Positions 46,721 through 59,558 of a DNA stretch of 64,000 bases are shown here, piece by piece; position 1 is the first letter of the stretch, and each line of letters begins with the position of its first letter. A program made the translations under genes and the position numbers. Below the pieces are notes generated by a model. The model had not been told where the DNA came from, did no database searches, and was given only the letters and a program-made list of their open reading frames with translations. This DNA is from Felis catus (lineage: Eukaryota): NCBI RefSeq assembly GCF_018350175.1, contig NC_058368.1, positions 121,026,001 through 121,090,000 of the forward strand. Reading direction: 5' to 3'.

Positions 46721-48099
46721 GGGCCAGGATATCTTGACATGGGTGGACGGCATAAATGAGACTGCATGTATGAAAACACCTATTCTAATGTTGGGTACAC
46801 AGCAAGGTTTGTTCTTGCCTTCCCTATTGACTATGTTCAGAAAGCGTGATAAATAAATCAGATATTTTAGCCCTGCTCACAAACTAAATGGCATGATTCT
46901 TAATATATGAATCAATATTTAATCACCTCTACAAATTATTTTAAATACAGTGTTTTTCAAGTAGGAATATCTGATTGCATGTATGACTTCAATACAATTT
47001 TCCCATCGTAGCTAATAAACTCTTGCGTAAGATTCATTTTTATTTTGATAAGCAACCCAAAATCTTTAGGTGTAACTGCAGGACATTAACTGATACAATA
47101 ATTCAGATGTCTCTGCTTCACATAATAAAACTTCCTCTCCCCTGAAAGAGAGTATTTACCAATCTCACAGTTGGTAAAGGAAAAGAATATAGCCCCAAAT
47201 AATAAAACCTAAACATTGGAAATGACATTATATTATCTAGTCCAGAAAGGAAACTCTTAGCAAAGAACTGAAGGTGTCCTATCTGACTCAGACAGGTGTC
47301 CTGGCATCAAATATCCGGATGAAAGGTTACCAAGTCATTTCTATACTGCCGCTTTTCAACTAAACTCTGACCTGGCATGACTACTTTATTAGCTAAAAGG
47401 CATTTAGTCATTGGTGTTTTCCTATTTTACAAAGTTCCTTCCCCATCCCTCCAACGTAACTCCTTAGCCTATCTTCATTTTTAGTTTCTAAACATGACCT
47501 ATATATAGTTTTGTTTTTCCTGATTTGGACTTCATACAAAATATGGCTTCTTCACTACTAACCAATCAAGAGACCAGCCTCCTACCTCGTGCCACGTGCC
47601 ATCCATGACGTTTCTGACAAACGAAATTCTGTTGCCTGTTTAGAAACCTCCACTGCTGGGAAGCTTTCTACTTCCATTCCATGGAGGCGAAACTGCCTCA
47701 GCACGTGGTACTAGAGGGGTCCAGGACCAACTCTTATACTCCTAACTAACCAACTCAAACACAGCAAGTTTCCTATCAATTCCCTTTATCAGCACTTTTT
47801 TCACTATTCATCAAATTTCAGCTCAGTCATAATTTTGTCTTGTTTCTTCCCTATCCTGAGAGAGAAAGTGATTGCCAGCATGCTTGTTTTCTCTAACAGA
47901 ATAAATAAATCCAATAGACGCTCAGATAATTCTCCTTTTACCTTTTGTCTCTCCCCTTCTCTTCACCCACATCAATTTCTATACATCACCAATTTTCTTT
48001 AAATGTAAGACCGGTCTCCTGGGTCTTCACATATAAGTTTTGAAAGCCCTATTTCAGTCAAAAACCTATCATGCCAAATCTCAACAACACTGAGGTTAA

Positions 48100-48980
48100 G
48101 GGGCTAACTAGCTGCCAGGGGCTTCACCTACATTACTCCACTTAATCCTCCCAAAGGTGCTCCCAGGTAAGATACTTTCACTCTCACCAGCTCCTGGTAA
48201 GGGAATTGGACCTCAGAGGAGAGGGAGTTGCTCAGGGTGACAGATTGAGTAAGTGACCAACCTGGAATTTAAACCTGGAATTCTCCAACTCTTTCCACAA
48301 TGATTATCTGCCTCAGTGAGTTTGTTTCTGGGCCTATATGCTTCCCCAGTGAGGGAAATGAGCAAACATGCTTCCCTGCAGGACTGCTCTGAGGATTCTG
48401 TGAGGCAACATAGAAAGCTAGGGACAAATGACTGCCTTTTTGTCAGGCACTCCCCCCCACTCTCCCCGTGGCCTGGAAAGCGGCTACTGATTTCTATGTG
48501 GACCCAAGTCAGACTAGGGGACCCTCACAATGGGACTCCCACAACCAGGCACCATCCCCCTTCCCCATTCAGTGGATGGTCAGTGACCCAGAGGAAACGT
48601 CAGCAAGGGCTCACCTCGTGCCTGTTCGGATTTCTCAAAGCACATTTTACTTTCTCTTCCCATCACCTCTAAAAGTTACTAATATTGTTCGAGGACACAG
48701 AGCCCATCAGGGTAAACCAGCTTTCCCTAGGTCACAGGGTGGTCAGCAATACACAGAGAACTAGAATCCAAATCACAGGAAAGGAATGCTTACTGAAAGG
48801 CTAAGGCCCTACTGGGGTGCGCTGAGCACACTGTTTGCCTGGTCTCATTTAATCCTGTCAACCTATGAGTCAGTGACACAAAGAAAATGAGAGGCAGAGA
48901 GGCTAAGAAACTTGACCAATGGCACCCAGCCATATAAGTGCAGGATCCAGATTCGTACCCAGGTTTTTGTGACTGAGCCC
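48100..48980. mobile_element. MIR cluster (about 48100-48300 minus, 48305-48430 plus, 48780-48980 minus)
   Basis: cttaatcctccc...gacctcagaggagagg; gcctcagtg; ctcatttaatcctg...gaaaatgagaggcagagaggctaagaaacttg. Confidence 0.65.
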
Positions 48981-49534
48981 TCACTAAACTACCTCCTTAA
49001 AAAGGTAGATTGGTAGAGTTTTCTTCTCAAACCACCAAAAAAATGACATGTTGCTTTAGGCATAGTCCTTCCTGCCATCCCAACGTTATTCCTATCTACA
49101 TCTGGGTAATTTTAATCTTACCTATTTAGGGGAGATGGGATGAGACCGAACTACAAGTAATTCTTAAAACTTCCCTAAGGATAAAAGCACCTCACCACAT
49201 CTCCAAATGCATTTTGTTTTCTGTGGATACCAAGTAAAGCTCTCTCACACACTACCAAGAGGCTGGAGGACAAGTGTGTGCAGAAGAAACATTTCTGTTG
49301 AGCCCAGTTCATTTCTGTTGAACCTAGTATCTGCCAGTTAGAACTCCTTGGTTTTAACCAATGCAGATTAGTGAGGCTGTTGCTTCCCACATAAAGTCTT
49401 TGGCCATTTTGCAGGGGACAGAACCTGGGAAGGGTGAACGAGGCATGAGGGTACTGCTTGGAGCCAGAGGGCTGTATTGAACATTAGCTATATAAATAGG
49501 AGGGCTCACTTTCACTCCCCATCCTTCACATTAC

Positions 49535-49597
49535 CTGTGGAATAGCAGAAACATGAAGTTCACGGCAAGCATAAGAAGGGACACCTTTTGAAAAATT
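49535..49597 (-). other. ZBTB38: Non-coding 5'-UTR exon candidate (63 nt)
   Basis: Donor ccacag|gtaatg; acceptor aatattaaatgcttag|aattttt has a weak pyrimidine tract. Lies in non-repetitive sequence. Confidence 0.5.
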
Positions 49598-50234
49598 CTA
49601 AGCATTTAATATTGTAAATTAACACAAACAACCAGAATAAAAGCTACATATAAATGACTAAAAAATAAAATCACTACATGCAAATAATAGTCTAAACTAC
49701 TGTTGTTTTTCAGAGTCAATCATTTACAAAGGGGGAGAAAATACCTTTTAGTGCTTATAGACGCAAATGTTCTTTAAAATCCCCAACCCCCATAGTAAAT
49801 TGATAGGGGGGGGAAATTGATAAATTGATAGCTTGGTCCCAGATATTCCTTCATGCATTAATAACTCCCACATAGACAACGTTCTAAATCTACCAGCTGC
49901 CCTGATGTTTAACAATCTAATAAAATTCTCCCCTTCAATGAAAAAAACAGCTAAGGTTTATTAAAAAAAAAAAAACATTCACATATCCTTCACTTGGTAA
50001 ACTGCAAAAGCAGGACTCCTTTGAAATAACAAGCCCTTGTGGGCAATTCTGGCTCTTATTCTGAGACTGACAGAAAATCCTCAAGGCTCAGGGACACCTG
50101 ATTCACACTTCCCTTGGAATTTGGCCAACAAACTCAGGCTCCCTGGCAAATAATCTGTTAGACTGGCTGAAATGTGAAAGGGGTAAGTGGCTGGCAAAGT
50201 AAATCAGGAGCCTAGTCTCCTAGTACAGAGACCA

Positions 50235-50455
50235 AGGGTCTGAATTCCTGGTTTGAATACACGTTCTACCACTCACCACCTGTGTGATTTGGGGCACATC
50301 AACCCACAGCTCTCTGTGTCCTCACCTAGAAAACGGTCATAACAGCACTTACTGCACAGCACTGTTGAGCAAACTGAAGGAGACAATGCATGTAACGTAC
50401 TAGGATGATGCCTGGAGCACAGAGAGGGCTCAACAAATATGACCTGTTACTGTTA
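50235..50455 (+). mobile_element. MIR
   Basis: cctggtttgaat...tctaccactcaccacctgtgtgatttgggg...tgcctggagcacagagagggctcaacaaat. Confidence 0.78.
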
Positions 50456-51324
50456 CCTTTCCTATTACCCCAATGGCTAAAAAGTTTAGTTGCTTGTAAG
50501 ACTATTTTAAAATAAAACAGAATGCAAACATAAAGAAGTCTTAGCACATTGAGAAATATGTACATGTGTTCACTAATTGAGTAAATATTTAGTGAGCATG
50601 GACTACATGCTAGGTATTGAGGATAAAACAGTGAGCCACACAGAAGCCTATTACTCACTAAGGGAAACAAAGAATCATGAAAACAGCCACATACTGAGCA
50701 CTGTACTTCAGGGAATCTTTTCTAAGGTAATGATACAAAATACAAAAAATTCTAAATATAAAGATGTTGCACATGGTTTCACTTATAATGGTAAGCTTGT
50801 AAATGACTTTAGTGCTCAATCCTAAAGAAAGAGTAAAATCAATTATACAACAACTAAAGAAAATATTACGCAGTCATTAAAATGTTGGCTTTGAGGTTTA
50901 TAGAGTTGCGGCGGCAGGCATTTGTGATATAATATGACTTGAAAAGAGCAAAACATTAAAGTGTACTTACACTGTAATTATGACTGCTTAAAATCTGCAT
51001 GTAAAAGACTAACCAGAACATGCCAATTTGAGCTATAACGGTAAGATAACAGTTATCATTTCTGGAGTATTTAACATGTGCCAAGATATTTAAGCACTTT
51101 ACATTATTTCCTTTTACTTGCACACTCAGAAGGTTGGTACTACCACTCACATTTCAACCAGAGGCTCAGTCTGTACACACAGGAGACGGGAGGGCCCTGA
51201 GATTTACATTCGGGTCTGGGTAACTCCCAAGACAGGCTTATTATAACTATTAAACATTTGCCTGTAGCCTTAATGGGAAGAATAAGTTTTTGCTATAACT
51301 TCCTTGAATTTTTCTTTTTAAGTA

Positions 51325-51500
51325 ACACCAACTGATCATTTACTGTGTGCCAAATCCCGTCCTAAGCATTTTACGCATGTAACTCATTTGCTTCTCACAA
51401 GTACTTGATGAAGTAGGTTCCAATACTGCCCTCATTTTACAGATGAGAAAAATGAGACTCAGAAAATTAAGTGGATTACTCAAGGTCACACAGCTGATTG
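51325..51500 (-). mobile_element. MIR
   Basis: ctcattttacagatgagaaaaatgagactcagaaaattaagtggattactcaaggtcacacagct. Confidence 0.85.
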
Positions 51501-52939
51501 GTACAAGGTAGTCCGCTGCTTTTGAAGAGAGCCAGGACGAAAAGACACAAATGGCTCCTCTGAAAATACACAAAATATTTATGTGCAGGTAGCACCTATT
51601 CAAAAACATTTTAAATAAAACCTTAAAATTTTGTTGTTGTTGTTTACAGACTGAAAGAGTCTTTTGGGGAGGAGTGTGGCCATTTTTTGTGAAAAAAAAT
51701 GAAATTATTGAAATTATGAAATATTCAAACATGTCAAGAAGTGAAGAGAATAGAAAAAGCAGTAAGTAAGCTTTCAAAAATGTTAATATCTTGAAAAGTG
51801 AACAAAAGCTACTTCCCCAGCAAAGGCCACTGATTGAGAAATTCTTCTTAAACGGGCTGTCAATATGAAAGGAGTTAATTAACTCTCAAAAACCCACCAT
51901 TTTCCTTTACTAAGGAAATTTGGAGAAAAATAGAAAAACAGTTTAGCTAGAATCTAAGGAAGAAAGCCACACAAGAAATAAGGGGTCGAACTCCAGGCAG
52001 CAAGTGGGATTCCAAAGAAATTGAAAGTGACAAAGAAGTATCACTCTGACATACGTGGGTCACAAGACACAGGATTTTTCCTCCTTCCCAGCCAGGCACT
52101 CCAGCCTTCTTCCCGTCACCTGCCAGAGCACTGCCTGCTACAAGTCCCACAAAGCGTCGGCAAAACCAAAGGGGTCACGCAGCAAGAGATGAAATTCTCC
52201 CACAGAGTGGGGAGGCAGAATAAGAAATCACCACCAACAGAGGGGGAACATGATCAAGGAGAACGACTGGACATCTGAGAAAGCTCACAGAGCATTTAAT
52301 TAGTATGCTGCAGGGCTTATTGGATGTACCTTTAAGAAATCAAATTACCTTTGCAATTCAAGGTGCTCTGCCCAGATTTCTGTATTAACTCCTGATCTAA
52401 GATGCCTCAGTGACATTTTCCTGGCCTTGTTGGTCAAACTAAGAGCCTTAACCTAGCACAGAGAACCCACCTGAATTCAAGTCCCATCCTACAACAGATT
52501 GCATCCACCAAAGATGTGTGCCTCAAAGGCACTGAATCCACAGTCTGCAGACACAGCCCCAATGTTTGCAGTATTTCAATGCCACCTGGCCAGAGCTGTT
52601 TCGGTTTTCAATTCTGTGCCTGCCTTAGGTTTATACGAGGTATGCGAAGATTTATGATGGCCACAAATACCTATTTTCTCATTGTCTTTGCTTTTGAATT
52701 TAGCACAACAGAGTGTGCGAGCGAGCTCAGAAAAGTAACAGGTTGGTTGGAAATTCTATCCAGAACAGTGGGGAGAACATGGCTCCCAAATCTCCAAAGA
52801 TTCCTGGTTGGGTGTGAGAGTAAAGCAGCATTAGGAAAGCAAGCATCACATTAAGCTTATGGAGACTACATGTTCTCTATGTTCGGACAAGTGTTGACTT
52901 CAAGGTCATCTGACTTCAAGGTCATACCCCACAGTTAAT

Positions 52940-52981
52940 GGAGACCAGCCAAGCATTTGGCCAAATGCTTGGCTGGTCTCC
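52940..52981. repeat. Perfect 42-bp palindrome
   Basis: ggagaccagccaagcatttgg|ccaaatgcttggctggtctcc, checked base by base. Confidence 0.97.
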
Positions 52982-53039
52982 TCACCCAGGCTCTTTGGGG
53001 GAAAGGATTCTGCCCTCCAGCTCAGGAAGCCAAAGAGTA

Positions 53040-53290
53040 CAGCAGTTAAGAGGATGGGCTCTGAGGTCACCACCTGGAATTCTAGCTCTGCCACATGCTG
53101 GCTGATGAGCCTGTGAAAGTAACCTCTGTGCCTCCACTTCTTTATCTGTAAAATGGAGACATGGGAATAACAGTATCTCCCTCTCTGTCTCTCTCTCTGT
53201 CGCTCTGTCTCTCTCTCTCTCTGAGTCATTGGGAGAAACCACTGCTCATAAAACAGTGCAGTGCTTGGATCGTGGTAAACAATCAATAGA
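53040..53290 (+). mobile_element. MIR with internal (CT)n, followed by an AT-rich repeat
   Basis: cagttaagaggatgggctctg...tctagctctgccac...aacctctgtgcctccacttctttatctgtaaaatgg. Confidence 0.85.
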
Positions 53291-55699
53291 TTATAAATAC
53301 TATTAATACTGTATACTATTAATAGTATAATACTATTAATACTATTAAAAATAGTATAAATACTATTAATACTGTATTATACTGGTTTTCTCCAAAGCTT
53401 CCAGAAAAGTCTGTGTTTTCAGAAAGCATGGATTAAAAATAAGCCAACATATCTATTATTGGCCACCAATATCTTGAAGACCCCCTTCAATACCTACAAA
53501 TCCTTGCAATATGCAGTTTATTTAGTTCATCTGAATAGGACTATAAAATGGAACTATAACATCCCTACCACATGCTTACCATCTCCTCTTACTAACTAGT
53601 ATTTATTTTATAAAAACCTGTTTATTATTTTTAAATATTTTATTGCCCTTCCCCAAACCTTGACCATCCACTATGAATTATTTCTGATGTTCCTGGATAC
53701 CCGCTCAGCTTAAACTCCTGAATTTTTATGCAGGGTTAAATTCTGTCAGAAACAACACTTAAATCTTGGTATTTACACATTGGGGGAAAGGAGTGAGGGT
53801 TCAAACGAACAAACAAACAACAACAAAAAACATCATACTGCGTCAAAATGGAAACTGACCCTCTTAGTCCAATCCCCAACTTACAAAAAAATGACAGTGA
53901 CGTTCAGAGCAACCAGTCCAAGCAATGTGGCCAGTAGGGTGCGGCCAAGGCAGGGCCACCACCCAGATTTCCTGATTCTTGGCACAGTGCTGCACACTGT
54001 GTGGAGACATGACTTCCAATCACTATAATGACAGTGACACATCTCAAGCTCAAGAAGCCACTTTCTGCCATTTCTGGTAAGAGTTTAACTTCCCAGGTTT
54101 CATCTTGTTTACAAAAGGCAACGCCCCACAGTTGCAGCTGGCTGATCTCAGGGATTCCCAAAAGCTTTACCACTGAGCAGTCTATTACAACCCTGATGAA
54201 TTCAAATGAGCCATAGAGGGATTTTAGATTCCTAAGTCTCACAGTCAAGGTAATGGCATTGTTTTAAATTCAGGAGAAGGACCAAAACTGTTATCAGTCA
54301 CAGAATACTCATTTTCCCTGAGATGTTTTCACTGCAAAGGCTACATTTCTTAGGACTAAAACTCTGAGACGGCACGACAAGGCGAGCTGATGGAGAGGAG
54401 ATATGGAGGAAGAGGGCAGTTATTATTACTTAACTAATCACCAGCATCTAATGAATACATAGCGAGTAAATAAATCTACGTGAGCACTGAAGAGTATTGC
54501 CAACAGAGGTAAATTGAGAGCTAGGAAGTAAACCCTCTGGAACGAAGGACAGAAGTTCTTTCAAGTTGTTCAAGTAATGGAAAAAATCTTGAAAGATGGA
54601 CAAAACCCAGAAAGAAATACAAGTCTCCAACATAAGCCCAGAAGGAAATGCAAACCTCCAACATACAGTCAGCAGATTATTAATGACACTGATGTTCACC
54701 TGTCATATCTGTGACTTTTATTTATTCTTTTGAATGACAGTTGTATTTGCTGTCTTCCTCGATCTTAGAATTACTGGGTTTTGAAAAGTCCACTCTTTTA
54801 AGGTTGGGACTACCATGCATGTGTGTCCACCAGACATTCATTTCACAGTTGAGAAACTGGGCAGCTAAGGGCAACTAGTTCAAGGTAACACAATTAAAAC
54901 GCTTGGAGGAAGACTGAGGTCAAACAATTAGTTAATGACAGAAGCATTAATTTTCAATGTCTTTGGAGCAGGAACCAGAAGTCTGGGGCTAACAATTTCA
55001 TTTCTTCTTCATAAAAATCCTAGGAGGGTAGAATAATTAACCCTGCTTCCCTAATGACAAGTGGAAATTCTAAGAGGTTACGTCATGTTACACAGCAAGA
55101 TCTCTGATAATACCCAGAGTTGGCTTGCGGTGGAAGCTGCAAAGTGGCAAAACTCTTTCGTAAGGAAATTTAGCAATTTGCATCAAAGGTCTTAAAAATG
55201 TGCACACCCTTTAACCCCGGAAGTGATGAGAAATACAAGTACTTGTATTCATGGATTTACCACAATAATATCTATAATAGTGGAAAAAAAAAACAGAAAC
55301 CAACAATAAGGGCATTTATGCCAATGGAATATAACAAAGGCATCAAAACTCATGTTTTCAAGGAAAATGTTAACAATATGCCCATAAATGAAAAAGTTGG
55401 GCCAAATAAACAGAATAATCCCAGTGTGTCTTTCAAAAAATACCATACATACATGCATACATAAGCAAACATACACGAACACAAATGGAAAGAACTAAAT
55501 CAAAATGGTGAATATGGAGACACTGAATGTTAAAATAATGGATTTAAAAAATGGCAAAAAATAATTTTTAAGACAACACAAACTTGACCTATACTGCTGC
55601 AATCTAAAATTTTTGTTCAGATGAGTATTTAAGAGGGTATTTACTTAAAAAAATATCTCTTTTATCAGACAACTTCTCTTAATGCTGACAATTCTTGGA

Positions 55700-55880
55700 G
55701 TTTCTCTGTCAGCCATGTTTCATATATGTGCCCTCACTTAATCTTTAAAATAACCCTGTGAAAGACAACTATTATCTCTCCATTTCAGAGATGAGAAAAT
55801 TGACGATCCAAGATGTGATATGTGACATCCAGGAAATGAAAAAACCAGATGATGGACCAAAGGCCGCTTCCCTAAAGCTT
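55700..55880 (-). mobile_element. MIR
   Basis: ctcacttaatctttaaaataaccctgtgaa...ctattatctctccatttcagagatgagaaaattga. Confidence 0.75.
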
Positions 55881-56785
55881 CATATTCAATCTTTGTGTTA
55901 AACACACAGCTGAAACCTTGTCTCACACTGAATAATCTTTCTAAAGACAAAGTGTACTAGGTTCAGGAGTTGACATTTGGTATATGACTATCAGGTTATC
56001 TATTTGCTTCAAAATATTTCGGTACATACAATATAATATTATGGTACATGTGTTAGTTCACATTATACATCAGGTACAGTCAGTCACCCTAATGCAAGCT
56101 TCAGGCTCCAAGGGTTGGCTGTGAACATTCTAATCAGCAAACTCACTTTCCAGAAATGTCAGTTACCGTTATCCTTGGAAACATCAGAGGCTTTAATAAT
56201 TGGCACAAATTGTGCATTTTCACCGGTAAAATTAGTGGCTTCCTAATGGATGTGAGAAATGGACTCTCATTAATTTAATTAGTGGAACCTAACATACAGG
56301 GATTAGCTCAACATTCCAGAGATATACTCCTTGCACAATGAAGAGCTAAGATTCTATCCAGCAAGCCCTTCACCAGCCAACTTTAGGGATGGCACCCAAA
56401 GTTTATGTATACATGGTCCTATGCCCATCCACTGGGTCAGAAGACTTGGCCGCCTGATGTTATCTTTAGAACAGCCGAATCTTGCCTTTGGAATAGAGTC
56501 AGTTCTGTTTTCAGGGAGCCATCTATTTATACAATTCGTGGTCAGAGCGCCCAAAAGGACAGAGACTTAATCAAACTTAAAAAACAAGTCATCTATTTTG
56601 TGCCTACTTATAAATAAATGATTAATTAAATGTCTGTATGCATTGCAGAACTTTTTTATAAGCTCGGAGTGAAGTTGTACGGGTGCAGCTAACCCTTGCC
56701 AACTTCTAATTATCAGTTCCCAATACCACCAAAAAGAATTCACCAGTTGTGCATGCAACTTGGCATACCCATCACATGAGGTCGG

Positions 56786-57314
56786 TGTGGTAGGCAGGTC
56801 TCACATTGCTCCCAGTGATCCCTGCCTCTTGGTATTTATGCCCTTGTGTATCCCCTTCCCTTGACTGCAGGCTACATCTCGTGACCTGCTCCTAATGAAC
56901 GCAATACAGAAATAAATAGATGTCACTTCTATGATCAGGTAACAAAAACTATGGCTTTTGCTTTGCTAGCACTCTCCTGCCCCTTCTCTTGCTTGCTGCC
57001 ATGTTGTGAGAGCCCCGTATGTCGAGGAACCCAGGGAGGCTAGCAGAATCCTACCAGCCAGGAGGCTCCCTACCAGGGAGGCATGGCAGCAACCATGTGA
57101 ATATACCTGAAACTGAATTTTCCCCCTAGAGCCTTCTGATGAGATCCCAGCCCCAGCCAAGACACTGACTACATCCTTGTGAGACCCTGAATCAGAGGAT
57201 CCAACTAAGGCACGCCCAGACTCCTGACCCGTAGAAAGTGAGACACAGTAAATGTGTGCTGTAAGCTGTGGAGTGCTGGGGTAATCTGTTATACAGCCAT
57301 AGGTAACTAACACA
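56786..57314 (+). mobile_element. MaLR solo LTR (MLT1E-like)
   Basis: tgtggtaggcag...gatccctgcctcttggtatttatgcccttgtgta...ccttgtgagaccctga...gactcctgaccc...gtaatctgttatacagccataggtaactaacaca. Confidence 0.9.
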
Positions 57315-57387
57315 GTTTGCAAAAATGGTGCAACCAAACAGTAACCAGGTTTTTCAAATGCCCATTTGGACTACATATACAGTGTCT

Positions 57388-57391
<4 letters not shown>

Positions 57392-57430
<39 letters not shown>

Positions 57431-57492
57431 GTGTACAGTGGCTGTGTGTTTGGAGATATATATATATATAAACACACACACACACACACACA
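57392..57492. repeat. Compound microsatellite (TG)19...(AT)n-(AC)n
   Basis: Direct reading of the sequence. Confidence 0.95.
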
Positions 57493-59023
57493 TTTGTATA
57501 TACCAATATGTACACAGGAATACTATCTTCTGTCGCAGAGAATTATCTTCCACTATTAAAATGGATTTTTATAAACACCCTAAGGAAACAGCATGTTCAG
57601 ATATCTTTAGCTATAGCATGTGTAGGCCAGACCTTCTCTAAAGCGATGTTCAAACTGTTTGACTTGCCCACATTGTTTCAGTGACAAATATTTCACATGC
57701 TGTTGAATTCAGTCTCTCTCCGCTTCAGCCTCCCAATCAACACAGGAATAATCATGGGACTAATAATGGGGCCTTGCCAGGAGAGTGGCTAAGATAACAC
57801 ATTATTTTACTACACATTGAAAATGTATTTCACAAACCTAAAAAAAACAAAAAACCTCTATGCGAGTGCATAATGAGAGCTCTGCATGTCCACAGCATTT
57901 ATGGTCGTCTCCAAGTGGGAAGACAACTGGGCTAAAAAAAGAACACTTGCATGACAAGAGCGTTACCACCCATTTTGTCTCCTAAGCCTCTCCCAGAAGA
58001 GTAAAATGTGAAATCTGCAAGAACCACGTGGGAGTTCACCGAAAAGTTCTTTTGATTTTCGCTTGGAATTTTAGGGGTTGGGGGCCAGAGGACTGGTGAC
58101 TGTTTTAATTTGGAGAGACGGAGATAGTGATACCCAGGGCAGTAGGAACCATGTTTTCTCAATGGGAACCCTAACAACACAAGGTGACATTTTGTTTTGG
58201 GGAGTGAAAAATATCTTACACTTTTTATGTATAAAGCAATAGCATAATATAGTCTACAAAGAGATAATCAGTATAGCCATGGTATTAATATTTCATGGGA
58301 AGGGGGACAAATAGAAAAAAAGAAGTCTTAAAAGAGTCACTGGGAGTGGGTTGGTGATAATGAAGAAAAGGTTGAAAACCAAGATTCTTGCAAAGGCTCC
58401 CTTTCCAGAATTGGAGAGCACCTGCAGAGCCATACCTGCCCCACAGAATAGCCTGATCTCTGTCCTGTTTCCTTCTCTTAGGATCCCTGAGGTGGGGCTT
58501 GACTGGCCTGGGCCCCTCTCAGCTCTGCTTCAGTCACTGGCCGTTTCCCCTAGGCTGCAGAAATGTGTACGAAGCCTTGCATGTGTCTCAGACTTCCCCC
58601 AAACCCTGTTTTCCTTCAGATCTTTCTGATTCCTTGATATGTTTTTTGAATGTGCTTGCTTACCTCAAGGCAAATTAACATATGTACTTGCTATCCAGGA
58701 CGCTTGTCCTTGGCACTTTTCAACACTTTTCAACACCTCCAACTTTTCAACGCTTCCAACCCATCCAACCCATCATGGATCAAAACTGTCCACCAGAACA
58801 TGAGATTACAGCAGACAGAGATGAAGGAAGAGTCAAGAGACAACTGAGTGGCTCTCGGACTGAGGAAAGCACCATATGGCACACTCACTAGTGTCACCAG
58901 CCAAGAGTATAGTATATATAGCACCACTCTTCTGGGCAGACGTGAAAAAAATACACAGTAATAGTACAGTCCATTGCTGCCATGGAAAAAGAGAGAGAGC
59001 TATCTCAAAAACAAACTTTTAAG

Positions 59024-59558
59024 CAGTTCCTCAAAAATTTAAACATAGAATTACCATACAATCCAGAAAAAGAATTGAGAGCAGAGACTTGAACAGATAT
59101 TTATATACCCATATTCATGGCAGCATTATTCACAATGGCCAAAAGGTTGAAGACAACAGGCGTGCACTGATGGATGAGTAAACAAGATGTGGTATACATA
59201 CTCAATGGAATACTACCCAGCTACAACATTGATAAACCCTGAAACCATTATGTTAAGTGAAATAAGCCAGACAGAAAAACACAAATATGGTACAATTCCA
59301 CTTCCATGAAGTACCTAAAGTAGTCAAATTCACAGAGACAAAAAATAAAATGGTGGTTGCCAGGAACTAGGAGGAAGAGGAATGGGGAGTTACTATTTAA
59401 TGGTTGCAGAATTATTACTTAGGAAGATGAAAAAGTTCTGGAATTGGATGGTACTGATGGTTGTACAACACTGAATGCACTTAATGATGTCAGACTGTAG
59501 ACTTACATATAGTTAAAATGGTAAATTTTACGTAACATATACTTTGCTACAATAAAAA
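59024..59558 (+). mobile_element. L1MB-like 3' end
   Basis: cagttcctcaaaaatttaaacatagaattaccatac...gcagcattattcacaatggccaaaagg...gtgaaataagccagaca...gttaaaatggtaaatttta...aataaaa. Confidence 0.9.

Noticed and set aside
51340..51777. Longest ORF (145 aa, minus strand)
   Set aside because: Low-complexity, partly MIR-derived (LSLIFLICKM), with no exon signals.
58717..58775. Degenerate ttttcaac/ccaacccat tandem units
   Set aside because: Short irregular slippage repeats with no spacer structure; not CRISPR-like.
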